A stretch of 36,390 bases of DNA from a virus (Duplodnaviria; Caudoviricetes). The stretch spans positions 1 to 36,390 of IMG/VR virus record IMGVR_UViG_3300010398_000021. The stretch is one strand, 5' to 3'. A program made the translations under genes and the position numbers. Positions 8,672 through 15,398 of the stretch are shown here, piece after piece; the stretch's first letter is position 1, and each line of letters starts with the position of its first letter. The notes below the pieces were generated by a model that worked only from the letters and a program-made list of their open reading frames with translations, made no database searches and was not told the origin of the DNA.

Positions 8672-8886
8672 CTCGGCGAGCCATCTGGCTGTCGGGTGAT
8701 GGCGACGTTGACCCACATTGCGACTTCGCGCAGCTTGCGTAGGATGTAGGTCTTGTCGGGGCCATCAGGTACATTGTCCTCAATCATACTCGCATATGAG
8801 TTAGCGCAGTTGCGAAGATCACGCATTACCGACATCTGGTACTCGGTCGGCTGTAGGTATTCGAATGTAGAGTCATGCATGGTCAT
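8668..8886 (-). CDS. Acb2/Tad1-like helical hairpin protein (candidate nucleotide-signal sponge)
   Basis: TFEYLQPT..Q...M..LR...A..I...VPDGPDKT..LRKL.EVAMWVNVAITR matches the F.YH.P...Q...P..REKS.A..KLEE..MWAN.AIAR pattern. Confidence 0.65.
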   Translation of the reverse strand: MTMHDSTFEYLQPTEYQMSVMRDLRNCANSYASMIEDNVPDGPDKTYILRKLREVAMWVNVAITRQPDGSPR

Positions 8887-9059
8887 ATCCTTTCTGGGAT
8901 TTGCCCTGCTATGATGAGGGCCTTTTCAAGATACTCTAGGCGCACTCGGTGCATCTTGAAGCGCTCCATGTGCGTGTGCACGATCCGCACTAGCAGGAAC
9001 ATGGCTACCGTTAGGGTTACTGCCCATATGCTGATGACCACGTTAAACGCTGTTTGCAT
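8883..9059 (-). CDS. Small single-pass membrane protein (58 aa)
   Basis: Manual translation MQTAFNVVISIWAVTLTVAMFLLVRIVH...; stop overlaps next ATG. Confidence 0.55.
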   Translation of the reverse strand: MQTAFNVVISIWAVTLTVAMFLLVRIVHTHMERFKMHRVRLEYLEKALIIAGQIPERI

Positions 9060-9066
9060 GGGGAAT

Positions 9067-9088
9067 GGAGGGACATTTGCGTCCCTCC
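9067..9088 (-). other. Stem-loop downstream of PEP-CTERM gene
   Basis: GGAGGGAC-ATTTGC-GTCCCTCC perfect 8-bp stem; no clear U tract. Confidence 0.55.
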
Positions 9089-9102
9089 CCTCTGGTTGTT
9101 GG

Positions 9103-9735
9103 TTAGGCTAGGCTGACTACCTTCCGCCGATTACGGAAGGCAAAGGCTAGTCCTACGAAGCCGAGCAACATCATGCCCCACGTGCTTGGCTCTGGCACTG
9201 CACCGGCGGCAACGTCGACACGATAGTGCTCGAAGTCAGTGATGTTACCACCGGCATCGAGCAGCGTGTACATGTTGATCGTCTCACCGTTGATGGCCGA
9301 CAACGTGAACCCGGACTGTGCGTTCGGGTCGATCATGCCGAGGTTGAACGTGAACAACGTGGTGCCGCCGCCGGGTTCGTTGGCGGTGACGAATGCTGTC
9401 ACGGTCCCGGTGCCCTTCAGAGAGAACACGTCAGTGGCGGTTGGCAACACCGAGGTGTTGGTTGCGTCAAAGACCTGTATCTGGAGGTCGCTCGTGTTGG
9501 CAATCTTAATGTCGTTGCCATTCTGAGCACCCACAAACAGTGCGTTTCCAGACAGGTCAGTGAAGTCAACGACACCTTGGTTCATGCCGTTGAAACTCCC
9601 AAGGATTAGACCACCTACTTGAGAGTCAAACACCACGTTGTCACCAGTCCCGCTCAGTTTGTCGAGTATGGTGACGTCAGCCATCGCAGCGATTGGCGTC
9701 ATTGCCATTGCTGTGGCCAATAGTAGTTTCTTCAT
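9103..9735 (-). CDS. Exported PEP-CTERM (PEPxxW subtype) sorting-domain protein
   Basis: Signal peptide MKKLLLATAMAMTPIAAMA; C-terminus AVPEPSTWGMMLLGFVGLAFAFRNRRK (VPEP + TM helix + basic cluster); AAGGA SD. Confidence 0.93.
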   Translation of the reverse strand: MKKLLLATAMAMTPIAAMADVTILDKLSGTGDNVVFDSQVGGLILGSFNGMNQGVVDFTDLSGNALFVGAQNGNDIKIANTSDLQIQVFDATNTSVLPTATDVFSLKGTGTVTAFVTANEPGGGTTLFTFNLGMIDPNAQSGFTLSAINGETINMYTLLDAGGNITDFEHYRVDVAAGAVPEPSTWGMMLLGFVGLAFAFRNRRKVVSLA

Positions 9736-9783
9736 TGTAGTCCTTTCATATTACCCCGTTTGGTAGTGGAGTCCCCTTCTCGT

Positions 9784-10110
9784 TCACCGGTATATTTCGT
9801 CCGGTGCTTGTTCGATCTCGTCAGCCCACACTTGGCCTTTTCCGTAGTTGACTACTTGGTAGGCCGCTCGACAGTCTCGGTTGGCACAGTAGACGTAGCA
9901 GCCGTCGATGTAGAAGTCATCCTCATGGCACTTGGGACAGATACCACTGCGCAGACATGAGCCTTCTTGGTTGGCGCGTGGTGTCCCATCGGTAACTGGG
10001 ACAATGTATGGCCGTCGCCGACGGTCGAATAAATGGCCTAACACGACCACCACTAGGAGCATGGTGGCCGGAATGATTATTTGCCAAATGGACGTTGGTG
10101 TGGGGATCAT
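9784..10110 (-). CDS. Membrane-anchored Zn-ribbon protein
   Basis: N-terminal TM helix followed by RRRR; CPKC...CANRDC. Confidence 0.65.
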   Translation of the reverse strand: MIPTPTSIWQIIIPATMLLVVVVLGHLFDRRRRPYIVPVTDGTPRANQEGSCLRSGICPKCHEDDFYIDGCYVYCANRDCRAAYQVVNYGKGQVWADEIEQAPDEIYR

Positions 10111-10403
10111 ACGCGCCGATTGAATGGTTGTTTGGGTGGAAGTGTTAGGCCGAGCCGGGCGAGCAGGGGGACCGGCGTTTCGTCGGCCATGTGTTCCCTG
10201 ACGCTGTAAAGCGTCCCGGCGTAAGCGCCGCTCTCGATCTTAGAGAAGGCGTGGTTGAGAGCAAACTCGATGCAGTTGCCAGTGGCGACGACCACGTGCA
10301 CATCGTCGGTGCAGTTGACCTGCCAATCAGTTTCGGACAGCTTGATTAGGTGAGTTACATACCAGCCGTCAGGCATGGTCTCGTTGAGTGTATCCTCGAT
10401 CAT
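10107..10403 (-). CDS. Hypothetical protein (98 aa), ends FNRRV
   Basis: ATGA coupling both ends. Confidence 0.7.
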   Translation of the reverse strand: MIEDTLNETMPDGWYVTHLIKLSETDWQVNCTDDVHVVVATGNCIEFALNHAFSKIESGAYAGTLYSVREHMADETPVPLLARLGLTLPPKQPFNRRV

Positions 10404-10720
10404 TTGGCACTCATCTTCTTCACAAGGGCGAGTGCCTTGAGGCGCTGCTCAGGCGTGAACTCACCACGAGGCAGACGGCCACGAGGCTTGGGATGGGTGA
10501 TGTGCGTCATTGGGTACTTGGCACGGGCCACTGACTTCAGTGGATGCTGCCGGTGAACCTCACGCAGCACATTGAGGGCCTTGGCAAAACCGGCCTCGGT
10601 CAAAGCATGCTTCTGGATGTACGGCATTGGGGTGCCGGGCATTTCCACGTACACGTATTCGTCATCGACCCAGCACGTCAATGCCCAAGGCGGGCGAAAC
10701 GTGGTTACACTGGCAGACAT
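10400..10720 (-). CDS. Hypothetical protein (106 aa)
   Basis: AAGGA SD before ATG 10720. Confidence 0.65.
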   Translation of the reverse strand: MSASVTTFRPPWALTCWVDDEYVYVEMPGTPMPYIQKHALTEAGFAKALNVLREVHRQHPLKSVARAKYPMTHITHPKPRGRLPRGEFTPEQRLKALALVKKMSAK

Positions 10721-10767
10721 AGCAGCGGTTCCTTTCGTTGGCGGGATCGTTTCATAAAGGGCTCGGC

Positions 10768-10908
10768 CTACTTGAGCACTAGGCAAATCAGAGCGCCGAG
10801 TATGCCACCCGTTAAGGCTGTCTCACCGCCGGTGATCTGGCCTAGGCCGTAGCCTATGGCTGCGCCGATGATGACGACTACGGCTATTGCTATGGCTCGA
10901 CTGCTCAT
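10768..10908 (-). CDS. Small two-helix, Gly-rich membrane protein (46 aa), first gene of leftward transcript
   Basis: Manual translation MSSRAIAIAVVVIIGAAIGYGLGQITGGETALTGGILGALICLVLK; GGAGAG SD; directly downstream of promoter. Confidence 0.65.
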   Translation of the reverse strand: MSSRAIAIAVVVIIGAAIGYGLGQITGGETALTGGILGALICLVLK

Positions 10909-10932
10909 AAGATGCTCTCCCATTCTACCCCT

Positions 10933-10961
10933 ATTGTACCACAAAACGAAGAAAAAGTCAA
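10933..10961 (-). promoter_or_regulatory. Leftward sigma70-type promoter with extended -10
   Basis: Minus strand TTGACT-17 nt-TACAAT, with TGTGG immediately before the -10. Confidence 0.85.
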
Positions 10962-11002
10962 GTCTGATGTATCTGATTACCTGATAGTCTCATAGGAATA
11001 GC

Positions 11003-11040
11003 TATGCGCCCAGCGCATAGGTGGTATGCGCCCAGCGCAT
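11003..11040. repeat. Two identical 16-bp palindromic sites (operator candidates)
   Basis: TATGCGCCCAGCGCAT at 11003-11018 and 11025-11040 (ATGCGC-CCA-GCGCAT), 22 bp apart, between divergent promoters. Confidence 0.8.
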
Positions 11041-11072
11041 GGCTCAGGGCGGGGGTGCGACAATTTGCCACA

Positions 11073-11101
11073 TAGACAAAGCCATCGGCGATGTGTATGA
11101 T
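11073..11101 (+). promoter_or_regulatory. Rightward sigma70-type promoter
   Basis: TAGACA-17 nt-TATGAT with TGTG upstream of the -10. Confidence 0.75.
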
Positions 11102-11107
11102 ATACGG

Positions 11108-11175
11108 GTAGTGCCGAGGTGTGTAAGAGGCAATCCTGCCCGTCACCATGATGGTGCTGCGCATCTCGACACTAC
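11108..11175 (+). other. Structured 5' leader (three-way junction)
   Basis: 18-bp stem 11108-11125/11158-11175 with three G-U pairs and one mismatch, enclosing GGCA-ATCC-TGCC and CACCA-TGA-TGGTG hairpins. Confidence 0.6.
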
Positions 11176-11202
11176 AATCCCACACAACAGAAGGAGGCCA
11201 AT

Positions 11203-11829
11203 GTGGCCCAGTTTGATATTCAAATTACGAAGGCTAAGGATAGCCTTCAGGTCGACAGCGACGTCGATGTGTCCGACGAGGAAGTATACAAGTGGTGCCT
11301 TGCTGAAGGCATTAAGGTCTATCTCAACAAAGGCATGGGCAAGATCACCAAGGCGAACTATCCAGACGAGGAGAAGCGGAAGGAAGCCGCACTGGAAATC
11401 GCCATGCAGAACCTTGAAGACCTCAAGGCAGGCAAGATGCCCAAGCGTGGTCGTGTATCGGCTAAGGCCGGTAAGGTGCCCGGTAAGGTTATGACCGAGG
11501 CTCGGCGGTTGGCGAAGAACCTCATCAAGGATGAGATGAAGCGTCAGCAGATCAAAGTCTCACACGTTGAGGCGAGTGAGATCACGAAGGCAGCTAATCA
11601 GCTGCTTGAGGCTGATCCAAGCCTCATCGAGCAAGCGTACAAGAACCTCGAAGAGAGGGAGAAGGTGCCAGTCAAGATCGACATCAAGAGTGTCATCAAG
11701 ACTTCACCCACCAAAGTTGCTGCTGCTGAAGCCAAGAAGGCGAAGGCTAAGGCCGCTACGAGCGCCAAGCAAGCTGCAATGGTGCAACCAAAGGCACGGC
11801 CGACGGTACAGCCTACCGTCCGGCACTAA
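11203..11829 (+). CDS. Basic early protein (208 aa) with Lys/Ala-rich tail, possible DNA-binding protein
   Basis: AAGGAGG SD; central domain paralogous to 14370-14600; AEAKKAKAKAA tail. Confidence 0.8.
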   Translation: MAQFDIQITKAKDSLQVDSDVDVSDEEVYKWCLAEGIKVYLNKGMGKITKANYPDEEKRKEAALEIAMQNLEDLKAGKMPKRGRVSAKAGKVPGKVMTEARRLAKNLIKDEMKRQQIKVSHVEASEITKAANQLLEADPSLIEQAYKNLEEREKVPVKIDIKSVIKTSPTKVAAAEAKKAKAKAATSAKQAAMVQPKARPTVQPTVRH

Positions 11830-11938
11830 CAGTTACCGAGGCTCATTGCTGTACACAATGAGCCTCACACATACCAGCAATGAGTGGCCACTGGTTAGTG
11901 CACATAACCAAGCAAGCTCAGGATGGTATGAGCACAGG

Positions 11939-11967
11939 GGAAGGGGCGCTTATGCGCCTCTTCCTTT
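11939..11967 (+). terminator. Possible intrinsic terminator
   Basis: GGAAGGGGCGC-TTAT-GCGCCTCTTCC followed by only TTT. Confidence 0.45.
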
Positions 11968-11995
11968 CCCCATTTAGCTGCCATGAGGAGCACCT

Positions 11996-12193
11996 ATGGC
12001 AATCTATATCACGGTTAACCTGAAGGATGGACGCACGTTCGACGTGCCCAAGCCTGAAGGTGAGAAAGGCGGCAAGGATAAGTTCGTTCTTGGTGCCTAT
12101 GCTCATGTCAAGAAGCTCTATCCCACATGGTCGTCGATGGTTTTGACAGTGGTCAACGACGATGAACATCTTCAAACAGGAGGTCAGTCATGA
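11996..12193 (+). CDS. Hypothetical protein (65 aa)
   Basis: GAGGAG SD. Confidence 0.7.
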   Translation: MAIYITVNLKDGRTFDVPKPEGEKGGKDKFVLGAYAHVKKLYPTWSSMVLTVVNDDEHLQTGGQS

Positions 12194-12801
12194 CTGACGT
12201 AGTTACTGCGCCGACGGAGGCGGAAATGATCAATATCCGAAACATGTTCTCGAAAGCTGCCGATGCAATCGTGAGTGCCAGTGAGCTTGGTAAGCGCGTT
12301 ACCGAGCTTGAGAAGGAACAGCATCGGCAGAAGGACGAGATCGAGGGCCTAAAGGCGAGCAATCAGTGGCTCAACGATCAGCTTAACACGGTGCGGCAGC
12401 AGCGTGATGCGTTGCAGCGTGAGATCGAGGAGAAGCGTCAAGGCATGGAAGTGCTGAGCCGTGATCTCGCCAATGCTCATGACATCAACACGGTCAGCAA
12501 TGCTCGTATCACCGAGCTTAGTGATAAGCTGCACGCCAGTCAGCGTGAGAGTGACGATCACTTGCTGAGGGCAATGACTGCCGAGGAAGAGCTTGACAAG
12601 GTTAAGGCCAAGCTCGATGAGGCATTCGAGTGGATGGATGCAGCAAAGGCGCTGTTTCATCGGAATGCGCCGAAAGCAGCAGAGCCTGTGCCCTTTCCCG
12701 CTACTGACGGCGGCACTATTCATGCCGTTGTTGGTGAGCCTGAACCTGCTCAGCCTGCTCATGAAGAGGTGAAGACCGGCACCGACCCTTACCGTTGGTA
12801 A
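12190..12801 (+). CDS. Coiled-coil protein (203 aa)
   Basis: AGGAGG SD; long heptad-like E/Q/K/L-rich segment. Confidence 0.8.
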   Translation: MTDVVTAPTEAEMINIRNMFSKAADAIVSASELGKRVTELEKEQHRQKDEIEGLKASNQWLNDQLNTVRQQRDALQREIEEKRQGMEVLSRDLANAHDINTVSNARITELSDKLHASQRESDDHLLRAMTAEEELDKVKAKLDEAFEWMDAAKALFHRNAPKAAEPVPFPATDGGTIHAVVGEPEPAQPAHEEVKTGTDPYRW

Positions 12802-12819
12802 GCAGAACAACGGCGACTA

Positions 12820-12849
12820 AGGCGGGATGGAGACATCCCGCCTCTCTTT
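12820..12849 (+). terminator. Intrinsic terminator
   Basis: AGGCGGGATG-GAGA-CATCCCGCCT then CTCTTT. Confidence 0.7.
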
Positions 12850-12858
12850 GTCCCTTAT

Positions 12859-12932
12859 GAGCCTTCAGTACATGGTTGCGTCATGTAGCTGACACCTACC
12901 AACGGGTGCCGGGGGTCACTCCCCGGAGGCTC
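12859..12932 (+). ncRNA. Candidate 74-nt four-way-junction (cloverleaf-shaped) RNA element; not a canonical tRNA
   Basis: P1 12859-64/12927-32, P2 12865-75/12881-92, P3 12893-97/12904-08, P4 12909-14/12921-26 with no unpaired junction nucleotides. Confidence 0.5.
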
Positions 12933-12948
12933 TTCAAAGGAGGCCGCA

Positions 12949-13161
12949 ATGATCCCCATAACTGATGAAGAGTTTGATGCGTTGTTTGACACGCATGGTT
13001 CCAAGATCATCTACGGTTTTACCAATAACTATGACGTGTACGTTCACCGTTGGCATACGCCAATCAAGGTAATGGTTAGCGGCGTAGTTGAGAATTGGTA
13101 CTATGCGCCTAGCTACAATCCCCGACATGTACCAGTGGTGATGCCATGCGCACGTTCCTGA
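12949..13161 (+). CDS. Hypothetical protein (70 aa)
   Basis: AAGGAGG SD. Confidence 0.65.
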   Translation: MIPITDEEFDALFDTHGSKIIYGFTNNYDVYVHRWHTPIKVMVSGVVENWYYAPSYNPRHVPVVMPCARS

Positions 13162-13251
13162 TGTGGGTATGGTATGCATTCATGCTGTACGTCCTGTTAC
13201 AAGCGGCAGGGTGCTTTTGGCAGGGATAGGTAGTCTCAAGAGGAGGTAACG

Positions 13252-13446
13252 ATGCAAGTGGCTGTGTATCGGTATAAACCCACCAACATCTATGTCAAGA
13301 TCAAAGGAGAGACATACGAGAAACAAACCCAAGACTTCGTTGGAATAGTTGAAGCGGATAGCCTCATTCAAGCTGCCGAGGCATTTCCGGTTTGTGACTT
13401 CACTCTAGCATTCTACGAGGTAAAGGACGATGAGCACAAAGCATAA
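13252..13446 (+). CDS. Hypothetical protein (64 aa)
   Basis: AGGAGGT SD. Confidence 0.7.
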   Translation: MQVAVYRYKPTNIYVKIKGETYEKQTQDFVGIVEADSLIQAAEAFPVCDFTLAFYEVKDDEHKA

Positions 13447-13639
13447 AGACTGCCCATTCCAGATGAAGCGCGCCAAGATAGACGATCGACAGTATGTCTG
13501 GAAGCTGATCGACATCACCACTAACTGCACAGTGGCTTGTGGCACAACAAGCAATCCATTCAATGCGCCGCAGTATATCAGGCGCATTCAAGCGTCCCTC
13601 AACAGCAGATACATGCTCGACAAGCTGAGGATATGCTGA
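13430..13639 (+). CDS. Hypothetical protein (69 aa)
   Basis: AAGGA SD; tiles operon. Confidence 0.6.
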   Translation: MSTKHKDCPFQMKRAKIDDRQYVWKLIDITTNCTVACGTTSNPFNAPQYIRRIQASLNSRYMLDKLRIC

Positions 13640-13845
13640 TGACATGGAACTATCATCTCCCACACATACAGAAATGCGCATTCAAGAGCCACGACGGTGA
13701 GCAGTTTGAAGCTGCATATGCCGTTGTTGATCGTGATAATGAGCCCATTGTGTTCCTGACTGTGGATGAAGAGGATGGGTTTTGGTGCGTGTGGCATTAC
13801 GATGAAGTTGCAGAATGGAAACTGTTCAGTGAGAGGAGAGTGTGA
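13639..13845 (+). CDS. Hypothetical protein (68 aa)
   Basis: GAGGA SD before ATG 13639, TGATG coupling. Confidence 0.6.
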   Translation: MTWNYHLPHIQKCAFKSHDGEQFEAAYAVVDRDNEPIVFLTVDEEDGFWCVWHYDEVAEWKLFSERRV

Positions 13846-14099
13846 TGGCACACTGCATAGCATTCACTCGTAAAGGGCATAAAGGGCAAGCTTCATTCAT
13901 CGACATTGATAATGCTATGTGGAAGCACTTCAATGCTCGGCCGGATGATAACTGGTATCGTGAGTGGTACAACACCATCGCAATGGGCCTAGCTGCTGGG
14001 CTGGACTATGAGAAGCTGCGTGAAATCTATCCCGAGCGTACCGACATCGTTGATTGGCTTGAGAAGCATTACACATACAAGACATGGAGGGAATGGTGA
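13845..14099 (+). CDS. Hypothetical protein (84 aa)
   Basis: AGGAG SD; TGATG coupling both ends. Confidence 0.65.
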   Translation: MAHCIAFTRKGHKGQASFIDIDNAMWKHFNARPDDNWYREWYNTIAMGLAAGLDYEKLREIYPERTDIVDWLEKHYTYKTWREW

Positions 14100-14575
14100 T
14101 GAAGGGATACACCATCTACCTCATCCACATCGAGCCAAGGTATCGCCATGCTGGGCATTACCTCGGCATATGCCGCAATGGCAGAGATGTGGCCGATAGG
14201 TTTAAGGAGCATTACGAAGGTCGTGGTGCTGTGTTAACGCAACATGCTAGGCGCGCTGGCTGCCAGTTACAGTTAGCGCGTGTGTGGTTCAATTGTGAGT
14301 TTGCACAAGAACGGCGCATGAAGGGCAGATCGTTACTTCCATTGTGCCCAATATGCAAGGAGAAAGCAAATGAGAAAGGCATACGTACCAGATATGATCG
14401 TAAAGGTAGAGGCAAGAAGAATAGCCCGGCTACGCATCAAGAAGGCAATGAAGCGCGACGGATTGAAGATAAGCAACTTCGATGCAGCGGAGATAACCAA
14501 GGCAGCGCAGGAGTTGATCGAGCGAGATCGTTCTATCTTGGCGACAGCACGCTACAACATACTGCGGCGCAATAG
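14099..14575 (+). CDS. GIY-YIG-like endonuclease with C-terminal CxxC
   Basis: TIYLIH...HYLG...RFKEH..GRGA.L...ARVW...ERRMK...CPIC; GGAGG SD. Confidence 0.7.
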   Translation: MKGYTIYLIHIEPRYRHAGHYLGICRNGRDVADRFKEHYEGRGAVLTQHARRAGCQLQLARVWFNCEFAQERRMKGRSLLPLCPICKEKANEKGIRTRYDRKGRGKKNSPATHQEGNEARRIEDKQLRCSGDNQGSAGVDRARSFYLGDSTLQHTAAQ

Positions 14576-14600
14576 GAGCACGCGCCAAGCTCAGCGGTAG
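14370..14600 (+). CDS. Basic protein (76 aa), stand-alone paralog of the central domain of 11203-11829
   Basis: AAGGAG SD; EARRIAR..IK..MKR..LKIS...AAEITKAAQELIE aligns with EARRLAK..IK..MKR..IKVS...ASEITKAANQLLE. Confidence 0.8.
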   Translation: MRKAYVPDMIVKVEARRIARLRIKKAMKRDGLKISNFDAAEITKAAQELIERDRSILATARYNILRRNRSTRQAQR

Positions 14601-14761
14601 CCGGGTACGCTTGCCAATAGGAAGCCCGTGGATGCGTTTTGCTGGTATGGGCGCTAGGGCAGTACCGGGCGGGTGCATTCGGCGCATCAGCGGCCAATTG
14701 TAGGGCACTGGGAGGCATTCGGCAGACGGGCAAGGGGCAGGTAGTCTCAACAGCGCAAACG

Positions 14762-14800
14762 AAAAGGGCCGGAGCAACTAAGCTCCGGCCCTTTCTTTTT
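14762..14800. terminator. Bidirectional intrinsic terminator at convergent junction
   Basis: AAAGGGCCGGAGC-AACTAA-GCTCCGGCCCTTT flanked by A tract and CTTTTT. Confidence 0.88.
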
Positions 14801-14813
14801 GTGCTTTATGCCG

Positions 14814-14888
14814 TTAGATGCGGCACATGAATATGATCCACACCATTGCGCCAGCCATTAGCAGGAATGCCGTGTGTGCGTCGATCAT
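14814..14888 (-). CDS. 24-aa hydrophobic peptide
   Basis: MIDAHTAFLLMAGAMVWIIFMCRI; GGAGGT SD three nt before ATG (short spacing). Confidence 0.5.
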   Translation of the reverse strand: MIDAHTAFLLMAGAMVWIIFMCRI

Positions 14889-14901
14889 GTTACCTCCAAT
14901 G

Positions 14902-14925
14902 AAAAGGGGCGCATTAGCGCGCCCC
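14902..14925 (-). terminator. Probable intrinsic terminator
   Basis: GGGGCGC stem followed by TTTT on the minus strand, just after gene 14950-15279. Confidence 0.6.
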
Positions 14926-14949
14926 ATGTAGTCTCAGGTGTAGGTAGTC

Positions 14950-15279
14950 TCAGGCGCGGCGACCGTTGGCAGCTTGCTGCGCATAGAACGCGGCGAGATC
15001 GAGCGTCTTTTGCCCGTGGACCGGCTTCAACGTGGGCGCAACACGCGCCTTTTCAGCGACGCTCAACTTGCCGAAATTGTAGTTGAATGCCAGATCACGA
15101 TTAGCCGGTAGGCCATTGTCGCGCATGTAGGCCGTGAAATCCCGCTCGAATGCCTCTTTGGCCTCACGTGCTTTGGTGCGCATCTCAACGAGCGCATCCC
15201 ACGCGCCTTCGAGATGCGGCGGGACCAGTACGTTGTTGATCCATGCCTCTTTGGCGATTTCGCTGCGCTTGAATGCCAT
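14950..15279 (-). CDS. Hypothetical protein (109 aa)
   Basis: AAGGA SD; own terminator downstream. Confidence 0.75.
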   Translation of the reverse strand: MAFKRSEIAKEAWINNVLVPPHLEGAWDALVEMRTKAREAKEAFERDFTAYMRDNGLPANRDLAFNYNFGKLSVAEKARVAPTLKPVHGQKTLDLAAFYAQQAANGRRA

Positions 15280-15398
15280 TGCCGTGTTCCTTCTATGTTG
15301 CGCTGCAACGTGGCCCAGTGCCAGTGCTCAGGCGCCGTGCATCATGGCGCGCCGATTGTGGCAACAGTGTGGCGCGCCGGTGCGACATCTCGCCGCAT

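Noticed and set aside
12859-12935. Functional tRNA gene
   Set aside because: No TTCGA T-loop, D-loop, 7-nt anticodon loop or CCA; kept only as a structured RNA candidate
14600-14760. Additional structured RNA before the bidirectional terminator
   Set aside because: Possible pairings rely heavily on G-U pairs in G-rich sequence; cannot support a fold without computation
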